64,000 nt of DNA from Lingula anatina (taxonomy: Eukaryota; Animalia; Brachiopoda), in contig CM120642.1 in the NCBI GenBank assembly GCA_051362555.1, positions 19,344,001-19,408,000 of the forward strand, written 5' to 3'. Numbering within the stretch: position 1 is the first letter of the stretch; the number at the start of each line of letters is the position of its first letter. The position numbers and the translations under genes were made by a program. Positions 11,875-24,300 of the stretch are shown in pieces. The notes below the pieces were generated by a model. It was not told where the DNA came from. It did not search any database and saw nothing but the letters and a program-made list of their open reading frames with translations.

Positions 11875-14800
11875 TAAGGTTAACACATTTATCGTTATTC
11901 TATTTTACTTTCTTTATTCCAATCTCTGCATTTGTTACTCAGAAAAAGGTATAATAATTAAACATTTACCATGATATTTAAGGTCTGTCATCTGAATTGT
12001 TATGATCTAAACTGAATATATATTAGCAAAAAATAATAGAAAAACCTGCACCACCACAATTTGACTTTTTTTAAGGCTGATGATCCTATCATTCAACTGC
12101 AAATGGGTACATGTACATGTAGCTAAATAAATAATCATTTGTAATTCTTTCAATTGACTTTAGCAGATTGAAAAATATTTTCATTTTACATGTATCTTGG
12201 TTTCAGAATTCTAAATATTGACAGTTTTAGAAAGGCCTACAAATAACGTTCAGAACTCTTACCTGTGTTGGAGCTACAGCTTTTCTGTTTGCAGAAGGAT
12301 CATCGACTATTCAGCTGCGTATTCTACCTTGGTCCAGTAGTTTTCCCTTGAAGGCTTCTCTTCCACAGTTTCAAAGTCGAAAACACGCTGCATTTATATT
12401 GAGACCCAAAGATCTATCTCATAATGATAAAACAGTCTAAGGGCCAATCACTGCAATGCATGTCAAATCGTGCCGTGCGTGTTGTTTTTATGAGATGTGG
12501 TTGATTTCCTTTTAATACCATTATGGTTATCAATAATTTGTTTTTCGTTCTACGGTGATAATTAGATCACGGAGGGCCTATATAACAGGTGAGGTCATTT
12601 TGATCTTATTTAATTTGAAATGTGTGTTTTCGAGTGTGCACGCGTGCTTATTTAGATAAAACATACCCCCCCCCCCAAAAAAAAAAAAAAAAAAAAAAAA
12701 AAATTGTAGGCCTAACTGTGTTTTGGACTGTATGGTGTTTGAGAAGAGCACCAATAAAATGTTTGCTTTCCGGAGATAAAATCCTAATCCTAATCATACC
12801 GGTATGTTTAACAACATATTTCTACCGGGTGCGGTCGTAAGCGACCCTATGGCTTTATTTATCAAATAATGATATTTTGGTAGTTACACAACAGAAACTT
12901 TTCGGTACATAAAAGAAAAACTGCATTACGCATTGCTGGAAATCTATGTACAATGCTTTTCTTTGCCAATCTAGGCAGTTTTAGAACAAAGCTTCATTTT
13001 ATAGTAAGTCCTAATATTCCAGTTTGCTTAGTTCATCGAGGAAACGTATTTCTTCAAAAACAATGTGTCGCAATTTTTGGACAAAATTATTTTTAAAAAT
13101 TTTAATAGCTTAAATGTTGATACAAAATATGTTTCTCTTTCGTTGTTTGATTTTAACTCTTTATATATCTTTTTAATGTAAAATCAATGAACTTTCTTTC
13201 ACAAGAATAAAATTTGTCTAGCCTTTTTAGCTGTGGTCTCCATGTCAGTAAGCTGTTGAATTCGACACCCAGCAGTCTAAAATTGGTTTTCATAAAATGT
13301 CAAACATCTTATGTTGTAACCAATGCATGGTTTTACGTATTTTACATATTTGTACAAGTTTGATATCGACAAGCACAACAACGTATCTCTTTTGCTGTAC
13401 TTCTATGCGTAGCAACAACCCCCTCGGTACTTGCTCAAAATTCCGACTAAAAGAAAAAAGCAAAAACATTTCAAAGGATGTAAAGGTACTCGACTTAACT
13501 TAATAATTAAAAGAAATTTATTAATATGATGGTCAGCTATCATCTGCAAAAAGTAAAATTCTATCTTGGTCCAATCGTTTTCATTTTCTTCCATTTGCTC
13601 AAAGTCGAGAACCCGCTGCATTTTATTTAGGCTCAAAATATATCCCATAATGACAAAACTGTCACACTGACCAACCATTGTAATGCATGTCAAAACTGAG
13701 GATGATTTGGCATTCGTGTCACACCTTAGAGATTGGCATTTCGTGATGTGGCTTTATTTCCTTTCAGATTTCTTTGTGTTTATCAGTAATTACTTTTTTT
13801 TGTCATTATTTACTGATAGTTAAATCAAGTAAGAACCTACCTACATGTATATAACAGGTGATTTCGATCTCGTTAAATTTGAAATATGTTTTTAAGTGTG
13901 TGTGAGCGCATGTTTGTTCAAATACTGCAATGATTTAGATAAAACATGCCCTCTCAAGCTTTTTTTTTTTTTTTTAAATTTCTGTAAGCTGCGGTTTTGG
14001 ACTATGATGTTTGAGAATAGTACCAATAAAACATTTGCGTACATGTATCAAACATGAAAACTTAAATTAAACTTCAAGGATCATTTACTTCTTATCTCAA
14101 TCATAGTTAAAAATAGCTCATAGGAATCGAATTTAATGTGTGGAAATATTCATTCAAAAGACAATTAGACCCCATGCATTCCCATAGATTTCAGATCGAG
14201 CTATCCCTGTGCGGTGTCTGACTAGATTACTGCCAGCTTAGCTGGCTTAACCGTCTGCCCCGCCTACTAAAAGCTGTAAGGGGGTAATTAACTATGGTGC
14301 GCGCTCGTCTGACTGCAATTTAGCGTGAACCCCCAGGGAGTTAGGTCGATCTAAATCTAAATCTCTGGATCGATCTAAATCTCTGGGAATTCACTCTCAG
14401 AAAAAGGACAGGAGTAGATTTATTTTTGCCCCCTTTCCTCCGCCACTTCCTGCACCCAAGATTGACCAACTTTCAAAGACAATTCCCCATTTCAGAAATG
14501 TAGAATAAATATTTCTCTCTAAATACATTCTTGTGGACTTCCTTCACAAGTTCTTAATTGAAATCAAATAACTCAAACAACTCTTATTGTTATTCCAAAA
14601 GTAACAAAATTCTGTCTTTGCATCCTTTTATTTCAAATCTTATTTTATTCCCTTAGACCGCAGTTATTTTTACCAATATACATGTGCTAGCTTTTGTGGC
14701 AACAACTCATCAACGTGAATATACATGTACATGTGTACACCTATCTACTAATAGATATGCGTGGCTAAAAACGGGCTTGACTTTATACAAGTGTACTTAT

Positions 14801-16405
14801 CATTTCCAATGATATTACATTTCAATTTTTCAATATAAAAACACTTTTCGAGTTTGAATATGCTTCAGGCAATTGATTCATGGCGTCTGAATTAACTGCT
14901 TTCATTTGATACGGATTTAATCAGATGTCAAACATCTAATGCTCATACCATGGTTTTACGCGTTTTACAAGTTTGATTTCGACTAGCAAAAAAGTTAAAT
15001 TCTATCTTGGTACAATCGTTTTTTATTTTTTTTCTAATGGTACATGGTCGAGAATACCCTGCCTTTTTATTTAGACCTTAATATATTTACCATAATAATA
15101 AAAAAGTAATACTGGCCAATCCTTGCAATGCATGTCGAATCAAGAACGCTTTGGCATACGTGTTACACCTTAGAGATTAGTTTTTCGTGATTTGGCTCTA
15201 TTTCTTTTCAGATGTGTTTGTGTTTAGCAGTAATTACTTTTTTGTTATTCTTTGATGGTAGTTAGATCAGGCAGAAACCTATCTTACAGTTGATTTTTAT
15301 CTCGTTAAATTCGAAATATGTGTAATTCCAGAAGTAAAACAATTTGGACTTTATTTTGAAATTTTGTTTATCATTTTCAATGACGTTTCACTAATTTTTC
15401 AATTAAAAACACTTTTCGAGTTTGGATATGCTTCAGGCATATTGGTGATGGTGATGTCTGAATTACCTGCTTTTAATTGTTACCGATTTCATCAAATGTC
15501 AGACATATGCTGCCCTTTCCATGTTTTTACGTGTTTTACAAGTTTGATTTCGACTAGCAAAAAGGTTAAATTCTACATGTACAGGTATCTTGGTCCAATT
15601 GTTTTCATTCTTTCCTACTGGTTCACAGGCGAGAACACCCTGCATTTTAATTTACACCCAAAGATCTATCCCATAATAATCAAACAGTCACACTGTCTAA
15701 TCCCTGTAATGCATGTCAAATAAAGGGACGCTTTGGCATACGTGCTAAACCTTGGGGATTCTTTTTTCATGATGTTGCTTTATTTCCTTTCAGATGCCTT
15801 TGTGTTTATCAGTAAGTTGTTTTTCATCATTCTTTGATGGTAGTTAGATCATTCAGGAAATTATCTTACAGTTAATTTTGATCTCGTTAAATTCGAAATG
15901 TGTGTTATTCAAGAAGTAAAACAACTTGGACTTTATTAATTTTTTGTTCCCTTACACTGCAGTCACTTTGTTATCAGTATACATTTATTAGCTTTTGTGG
16001 CAACATCTAATTTACATGTATATAGGTCTATCTACTGATAGATATATGTCTTGATTTTATACAAGTGCACACTTTACATATCATTTTCAAGAACGTTGTA
16101 TTTCAATTTTCAATACAAAAACGCTTTCTTCGAGTTTGAATATGCTTCGAGCATTAGATTGGTGATGTCTGAATTATCGGCTATCATTTGATACGGTTTT
16201 CGTCATATCAAATATCTGAAGCTGAGCTAACTAAAGATTTACTTATTTTACAAGTTTGATCTCGACTAGCAGGAGAGCGTTTTTCTTTTGATGTACAGGT
16301 ACTTCTACGCTCAGCAAAAAGTCCCCTTAGTATTTGCTTAAAATTCCAAGTAAAAGAAAAAGGAAAAATCATTGTAAAGCATATAAGAGTACTAAACTCA
16401 ACATA
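11875..16405. repeat. Degenerate long-period repeat block, duplicated at ~60155-64000 and partly at ~39480-40420
   Basis: The module GTCACACTG.CCAA.C.TTG.AATGCATGTC.AA...GCTTTGGCATACGTG.TACACCTT recurs near 13660, 15105, 15685, 39850, 61830, 63205 and 63670. Confidence 0.85.
14168..14400. mobile_element. Small MITE-like insertion
   Basis: Inverted ends ATTCCCATAGATTTCAGATCGA / TCGATCTAAATCTCTGGGAAT. It is absent from the paralogous site at ~62318. Confidence 0.55.
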
Positions 16406-16410
16406 CATAT

Positions 16411-16506
16411 GGGGGTGGTCGGCTCATGCCCTAGTTAGATTCCACTTTACCAAAATAACACGATTCAGAAATGGGCCTCCGAGGACGTGTATTTTGACAG
16501 CGCCCC
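16411..16506. repeat. ~95-bp domain repeated at 27685-27780
   Basis: Both copies begin GGGGGTGGTCGGCTCATGCC and share CAAAATAACAC and GGACGTGT....TTGACAGCGCC. They are ~300 bp apart once the Polinton is removed. Confidence 0.85.
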
Positions 16507-16608
16507 TTGCATAGTTGAGAGCGACTTTTAGAGTGTGTTAGGCTTCTCGCCTTTATTATGAGGAAAGATCGTCTCTGATAGGAAGGTAGGTGTCTCACCT
16601 ACATAGTA

Positions 16609-17380
16609 AGTAGTAATAAAAGGACGCGACAGTTACTAAAAAAGTGGCAGAGCTATTAAAAAATGCCATAGTAAAGTGGCAGAGCTATTAAAAATGAGAC
16701 AGAGTAATTATTTTAATTATTTGTTTGTTTATTTATGAAAAAGATGCTTATATTGGTTGAAAAGGTAGGTATATACGTAAGACTTGAAAGGATAGGTGTT
16801 TGTTATACTTTTCCATTGAATTGGATGAACAAAAAGACAGGCATTTTTATTGATCCAAAAAAAGACAGATTGCACGCGACTAAGTTGAACACGCCACACA
16901 AGGTGTTAACAAACAAAGCACCGCTTATGGTCAGCTGAGACTAGTGTAATATTCACAAAGAGAGGTATGCAGGCCAAATACTTAGAGTATTGTGATAGTG
17001 TGTGGTTCGCAAACACTTAGTGCAGTCGATTGAATCCGCCTTTTACTGTTTATCAATATAGTTGAATGTAAAGCGGCCAGTATTAAATGAATGACACTGT
17101 TTTTACATAAGCTGGGTAGTATCATAGTAAAGCTCTATTCCTTTCTCGTGAACCAACAGCTGTAGTCACCTATTTGTTCTTAAACGCCGCATCAAATACT
17201 TTTGATTTCTCTAAACCCCTCCAATCCTTTATTCCTAAATGATCGCCTTGGTTTACACAAGCAAACCAGTAATTCAGGCGGCCAGTGTAAACAATCTGTT
17301 TAGATTTTTGGGCCTTTTTGTAGCCACAACTATCACTTCACAACATTTTTTCAATCCAAAGCTAAACATTGGAGTACTCT
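16609..17380 (+). repeat. Left TIR (near-identical part, ~770 bp)
   Basis: Reverse complement of 26805-27575 with only a few mismatches. Contains two subterminal AAAGTGGCAGAGCTATTAAAAA direct repeats. Confidence 0.95.
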
Positions 17381-18841
17381 TCTCTTCCTTTTTTAAAATA
17401 ATATGAGTATTTTTCTCTTTCAAGTCAAAATTTCTCAGCATTTTCTCGACGCAATGCTACTCATTGCTGTATTTTTTTCTGACCATCTTTAATCATCACT
17501 TGTTCTTTAAAGTTAAACAATGCAGCATTTTTTCTGTCCATCTTTGAACATAAGTGTTTTCCTTGTTAAATTTAAAGTTAAAATTTAATCTTTAAAATTA
17601 TTCTGCTTTAAAAGTATAATACCCATGCTATCCTGCCTTCTTCAGGGACAAAGATTTAACCTATGATTCTTATTTATAAGATCTATGCGCTGATTTATGA
17701 TTTACATTGTCTAATCTGAAGAATAGTGTCATATGAAGAAGTATTTTTTCTCCTTAATACAAGAAACAACAGTTATTGCGTCTGTTTAAAGTTAACCAGT
17801 GCAGTATTTTTTTTTTCTGTTCGGCTTTGAATACCAGAAAATCTCCCGATCAAAATGAAACGCCAATGTAGAAGTTTTTTGTTAAATAAAAGTCAAACAG
17901 TGCGGTATTTTTTCCTGTTTGACTGTGAAAATGAGTGTTTCCTTGTAAAAATGAAACACCAACATAATATGCAGAAGTATTTTTACCTTTAGTATAAGAA
18001 ACAGCAGATTTTTTTTTCTGATTCAAGTTCAACTTTTTTCTATTCATCTTTGAAAATCAGAAAATGAACCGATGAAAATGTGTCACAAGAGATTTTCTAC
18101 ACAAGATCGCGTTAAAACAGTGTAGTTTTCATTATGTTATGAAACCATAAATTCAAGAAAACACATGTCATATGGATAAAATGTACTTTTATTAGTATTC
18201 AATCTCTAAGCACACGGTGGTAATTGACAAACTCTCTGTTTCATTGAACATCACATCTAATGCGCTAACTGTTGAGCAAGATTGACTTTAAGTAAAGAGC
18301 GAAAGCTTGCCAAGGTAGGTATTTACACAGGTAGAGTAATGTAATAAGCTTTTACGTCTTGCTTTCCAAACATGCTTCTGCTGCACAACATTATATTGGA
18401 TTAACAGCGCGACAAAATAAGTGTACATATTTTATGTCTCCGTGCCCAGAAGATATTGCTTTTAGATAAAAATATCAGTCACATTTAACATTTAATGTGT
18501 TGTATAGCAATTTATCTTCACCATTTTACCGTTGTCTGAAAATACCATCTGAAAATATTATCAGACATTTACAACTAAATAGCCTATCCATAGATAGTTC
18601 AACTCATTCATTTCAAACACTTTATGTTCAGGATATGTATTTGTACAAAGTTTATTGTATATTTTGTCAATGTGAATTATTTTAAGTTAGAACAGACGTG
18701 TGAATATAGCTTGTTATATAGCTGGGACAGGGCTTATCCATACAGCATAACCTACTACAGCTGCGTACAGTTCAAGACACACAGACAGCAGAAGAAAGGG
18801 TCAATTGCTCGATTGATATTCAAGTTCCACTACAAGGTAGG

Positions 18842-18842
<1 letters not shown>

Positions 18843-18894
<52 letters not shown>
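18843..18894. repeat. (TTA)n microsatellite
   Basis: Direct reading. Confidence 0.95.
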
Positions 18895-18895
<1 letters not shown>

Positions 18896-19834
18896 ACAAG
18901 GGGTAGAAAATCACTGCATGTTTAATTGTCTCTAAGCTAAATTGCCAGATTTCACCGGTAATGTGTAAAATAATAGTTGATTCAGTATAAAATTTAAACC
19001 GTAGGTTAATGTGTACAACGATAAACAAAATCAACCTAAGTAAAAAGCTTATACCTAAGATTGTTCTTAGTTAATACTTTTAAAGGGACTAAAAGTAAAT
19101 TTCATCTGAAAACGTTCAAACATAAAACGCAAGAGTTTAAGTTTTGTTTCAACAACAATTATAAGTAAAAATAAGATATTATTAAGCAACATCTTAAGCA
19201 ACTTATGTAAAAACAATTGTTAGCACTTATTTTCAACTCTGCTTTTAATCTTTAAACTTTTTCCAAATGTTTTCACAGACACTTAAATTTTGTTCATGTA
19301 CAACGTAAGTCGATCAAGTTTTTATACCATTGATATTTTTTTTGGTGTTTTGATCTATTAAGATCATTGTACATTTGTTTTGAAAGCGATGTCAAAATTA
19401 AACGTTTGAAACCACAACCACTCATTTCATCTGTTACAAAACACGTGTAAGCAAACTATACATGTGAGCTTTACTTTTTTTTCTCATTACAAAACTACAT
19501 TTTACATTTCTGTTTTAAAAATGTAATGCAGCATGCCCGCACGACATGTGTTGGTGGTGAAGCGATGCAGTTCTATAAAACGCGTTTGATTCAAACAAGA
19601 TATACATCGTATTGATTGTATGCCTTATACATTTTTTTTTCAAAACTTAGTTAATTTTTTTTTCTGGTACTCACACAAACTAAATGCCCAATCGCTTTTT
19701 CGAACTGAACTAAAATCGAATTCTTCTCCTTTTACAAATTGTACATGTTTTCACTCATACAGAAGAGTTGCAGATTCAATTCAGATAAAAGTTGTCTTGC
19801 TTGAAGCCTGGGTCATATTCATGGTGTTAATACC

Positions 19835-20362
19835 CAGTCTCTAACGGAGCGTTTAGTCCTCAACTTCTTTCAGACTTCAAGCTATCCCTTGCTGTTTTAG
19901 GTGTGGCTGAATTTTCCTATTTGCAAATTCTGTCTCAGCAACTGATTTAGGGGGTAATGGTCCTACTATTTTCGGGTGCACTCTTTTTAACAACCTAGGA
20001 CGCGGTCTGCTCTTTTCGATTATATCAACGGCCCATGCGTATTTTGAAAATAAATCAAGCAAAGCTGACAACCAACTACATTTTGCCATGTTGTGATCAC
20101 CCGCTTGCCATCTATCATCAGCTGGAAATTGCTTCCTCGTTTGTGCACCTCGTTTGGCCAATAACTTTTTTCGTGTACGTGAAGTTTTCTTTTTAATTTT
20201 TCGAGCCTCATGATTCGGTTTTGTCGTGTTTTCCGGACTAGCAGGATTATGATAGAGTTTTCCTGTGTCTTCTCCCGCGTGTCCCTTACTTCTACGGTTC
20301 TTTTTATCAGTGTGTCTTCTTTTCATCCTGTCTCCTTCAACTCTTTCACGTAAATGAAGCAC
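19835..20362 (-). pseudogene. Eroded Polinton-type retroviral-like integrase
   Basis: KLYHNPASP, DDRWQAG, LLDLFSKYAWAV and TEFANRKIQPHLKQQGI track the Polinton integrase consensus (YYNP.SP, WQADL.DM, IDVFSKYAWA, TD.G.EF.N). The first two catalytic Asp contexts are altered and stops precede the VE..RTL region. Confidence 0.8.
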
Positions 20363-20383
20363 ACCTGTTCGAACATCACTTTT

Positions 20384-20878
20384 TTAAAATAGACTGTATG
20401 TTTTTTGAACTGGTGTTACAGGGTTTCCGTCTACTTCATCAAAGCCTATGTTTAACAGTGTTTTCACTGTACTGGGTGTATAGTTAGATTTCTTTTCATG
20501 TGTGACAAACAACTGTACCAATTCGTGTCTATTTTCGGGCGTCAGCGAAACATTTAATGGATTCTTTAATCTTTTTTCAACTGTATTCATGGTACACTGT
20601 GGACTGTGACGTTCATGCTCAATGTCAGCCGCATCTCTCAGCGGATCCCAGTTGCTAAGACTGATTCCACAATTAAAACAACTGACTGTATCGTCATATT
20701 TGGGCGCGTTTGGGTCTCTGTAAAACCCACTGATGGCTAAAGGTATAGGGTTGATAAGAAGTTTACCAGGCCAATCAAGAAAGCTCAGAACTCTATCTTC
20801 TTCCTTACAATAAGATATTCGAAAAAACAAGGGCTTGTCTTCTGGTGCACAATCGGTGAATACTTCACTGTCACCCAT
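20384..20878 (-). CDS. Single-BIR inhibitor-of-apoptosis-like protein, 164 aa
   Basis: EEDRVLSFLDWP...LAISGFY...DTVSCFNCGISLSNW.....DIEHERHSPQC is a complete BIR signature with CxxC/H/C zinc ligands. Confidence 0.9.
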   Translation of the reverse strand: MGDSEVFTDCAPEDKPLFFRISYCKEEDRVLSFLDWPGKLLINPIPLAISGFYRDPNAPKYDDTVSCFNCGISLSNWDPLRDAADIEHERHSPQCTMNTVEKRLKNPLNVSLTPENRHELVQLFVTHEKKSNYTPSTVKTLLNIGFDEVDGNPVTPVQKTYSLF

Positions 20879-20899
20879 TCTTTAATTGTCTGATGGAAC

Positions 20900-21360
20900 T
20901 GAAACATTCGTTTTAATGCTCTGCTCAGTAGCCAATCAGAAAGTAGAAATTTTATATGTTTAAAACCAATCAAATTGCAGTATCGTCTTATTACGATCAA
21001 TCATAAAACATTAGAATGAGTATCATATTGCAGAAGTATATTATTTCAACTAATCAAATGTCCCACCCGTAAATCTATTTTTAGATATGATGTCATAATC
21101 AACCAATCAAATTGAAGCATCATATTATTTCAACCAATCAAATGCCCCACCGGAAAATTTATTATTAGATATGATGTCATAATCAACCAATCATTACAGT
21201 ATTGTCTTATTTGCACAAAGCAAATCTATTTTTCATATTATATCAACCAGTAGAATCAACAGTTGCAACTCATAAATCACTTGTTCTTGCCTTAACACAT
21301 CACATTTGAGTGCATAGTTCTATATCTGGAGTGTAACCAGTTACATATTCATTTCAGAAG
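20900..21360. promoter_or_regulatory. Putative bidirectional promoter (BIR / PolB) with clustered CCAAT boxes
   Basis: CCAATC near 20931, 20966, 21103, 21135 and 21187, an ~84-bp tandem duplication with ATGATGTCAT, and a TTTCAG acceptor-like site just before the PolB ATG. Confidence 0.6.
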
Positions 21361-21362
21361 CC

Positions 21363-24300
21363 ATGGAGCACAAGTGTGAAACCTGCAAGAAATCTTTCAC
21401 CAAGAAGCGTAATCTACTTAAACATATCAGGGCAGTGCACGGCGCTGAGCAATATCCCTGTGATATCTGTGGAGCGTCTTTCAATCGCTCAGAAAGCTTG
21501 AAGCGTCACCGGGCCTCACACGCTAAGGCGTACGGTTGTCCAATATGCGGAAAATGCTTTGGTCGACGTGATGTGTTGAGCACTCACATGCGCTTACATT
21601 CGACCAGACTAGAACAACCGACCTTAAGATGCCCAGAGTGTGACGAAGTATTTGCCACCCCACTGGACCGTCTAAACCACCAGGCTAAAGCTCATCCGCA
21701 ACCGGGGCCCTCGAACAAAAGAAAAGCAGATTCTCAACCCGACATCGTTAAGAAAATTCAAGGGGGGTATGGCGCTGGGGCTATCCTTTCCCCTGATCCA
21801 GTCAGCATGCCTGAAGATCTTCTTCCTCCTGATACTGAACCTCTTGTACGCGACTCCTACATGCAACATTGGAGTAGCATCCGCACTCGATTCTCTAGGG
21901 GAAACAAATTACAAGACTGGTACAACTTTCGGTTGACCACTATTCACCCTGACGATCTTCGAGAAGGATTAGCTGCTGTGTTAAAAGACCAAAAGACTGT
22001 CTTTAAGTTGAATGTGTCTTACGGATTTTTCTTAAGAAACAACGAGACCGGGGAACTGCGTTACTATCACCCCAGCAGCAACAACCATTGCTTCTTAGAA
22101 GAGCCATTTGTAATCCAAAACAAAAACGACCTCGATGGCTTCTTTGAGCACATTACTGTCAGGGATATTTTGGAGTGCGCCCGGCAGGAGAGACCCAACT
22201 CCAGCTGGATAGTCGAGATGATCACTAACGCTACATTCTACGTGACTAAGCTGGTAGGTCACCCCATCGGAAGTGCCGGAGTTCTGCCACCCTACATCAC
22301 AAATAACAAGGGTCTGGTCACATTACAGGGAGATCAGAATGGTTGTTATAACGACAATTTGTGCGTGTTCCGATGCCTTGCCCTGCATAGAGGGTGGCCA
22401 GTGCTTGGACTAGAAAAAAACACCAAACAACTTTTTGAGAAATACAGAGCCGAGACTCGGTGCAAGATCAAAGGGTTTGAGGGAGTGTCGCTCAAACAAC
22501 TAAAAAAACTTGAAGACTTGTTCGAAGTCAACATAACGGTGTTCGAGTTGCAGGAAACAGAAGACGGTGCGACTTTTGCTGAACTTGTGCGTCGATCAAT
22601 GAGCAAGTACAAGGAAACCATGTCGCTTAATGTGTACGAAAATCACTTTTCGTACATAAAAAACATGGGGAAATACGCTCAATCCTTTTGCTGCTCAAAA
22701 TGCGACAAAATGTTCAAGCACAAAGGTCATTTGCATGTTCACGAACGGACATGTGAAGCTATCGTCGAACACCGATTCCCAGGTAAAGCCTACAACACCC
22801 CTCCAACCATTTTTGAGGAGCTGGCGGATTACGGCCTGGTCATCCCCAAGGAAGACAGATATTACCCCTATCGGGCAACCTTTGATATTGAGTGCCTACT
22901 ACCGACCCCGAACAACCCCGACCACAGTGAAAAACTGCACTTGGAACACGAACATCAGTTCCAGAGTGTCAGCATATGCAGCAATGTGCCAGGACACACC
23001 ACGCCCAAGTGCTTCATATCGGACGGTGATCCTGGCCAAACTGTGGGTAAATTTATTGCTGCCCTCATTGACATTAGTCAGGAGGCTAGGGTAATATTGA
23101 ATGATAAATTTAAGTGGGTGTTTGAAAATGGGCATACGAAAGTCACGAATGATGTAGAATTAGACATAGAAATGAGTGAGGAAGAAGAGGATGTTAATGA
23201 ACTTAGAAAGGGCCATTATTTAACAAAACTGTTATCTAGGTTTAGCAACTATTTAAAGGAATTACCAGTTTTAGGGTTCAATAGTGGGCATTACGATTTG
23301 AATGCCATGAAAACATTGTTTTTTCCGTCGTTGATAAACAGAGAAAAGTTGCGCTTTGTAGTCAAGCGGAACAACAATTTTATGGTGCTCAAGTCAGATA
23401 GCTTGAAAATACTAGATGTCAGAAATTATTTAGCACCTGGGTGTAGTTATAGTCAGTTTCTCAAGGCATTCGAGTGCAAAGAATCTAAGGGGTTCTTTCC
23501 TTATGAATGGATGGACTCCTTGAATAAACTCGATTACCCTTGTCTCCCTCCACGTGAAGCATTGGCCTCACAATTAAAGCAAAACACCATAAGTGAGGCG
23601 GATTACGCATTGTGCCAACGCGTGTGGGAGGAAAACAACATGGAAACAATGCGCGACTTTCTCACCTGGTATAACAACAAAGATGTTGAACCGATGCTGG
23701 AAGCAGTGGCTAAAATGTTTGACTTTTACCTTGAGCGGGGAATTGATATGTTTAAAGATGGTATTAGTGTACCAGGGTTAACACTGAAATACCTCTTTCA
23801 AAACGTTGGAGACGCTTATTTTACTCTTTTTGATGACAAAAATAGCGATCTCCACTACCTTCTGAAAAATGCCATCGTGGGCGGCCCAAGTATTATATTC
23901 CATCGTTACCACGAAAGAAACGAAACTTTGATTAGAAAAGCCACTGTAGATGATCCTAAGCTCTGCAAGAAAATCATTGGCTTCGATGCTAATGCTCTTT
24001 ACTTGTGGTGCTTGATGCAACCCATGCCAACGGGTACATTCATACGCAGGCATGTAGAATCAGGGTATAAGCGCGAATATTCCCATCCCCATGGGAGGGA
24101 AGCAACGATGTGGTTGGACTGGATGGCTCACACCACTGGGCAGAAAATCCGGCATCAGTTTAACAACATTGAAAAACGCATAGGCTACCAACCCCGACTA
24201 CCTGTTGATGGTTTTTGCTCTGAGACAAACACCGTGTATCAGTACCAAGGGTGTTATTTTCATGGTCACCGTTGTCATCTTAACCAAAACAAGGACGGCA

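Noticed and set aside
16411-16506. HDV-like ribozyme or tRNA in the 95-nt domain
   Set aside because: The TCCTCG loop-like word is present, but P3/P1 pairing cannot be completed and there is no cloverleaf.
16560-16608. HCV-like (type IV) IRES suggested by CTGATAGG before an ATG at the reconstructed empty site
   Set aside because: No pseudoknot partner or meaningful downstream ORF is visible.
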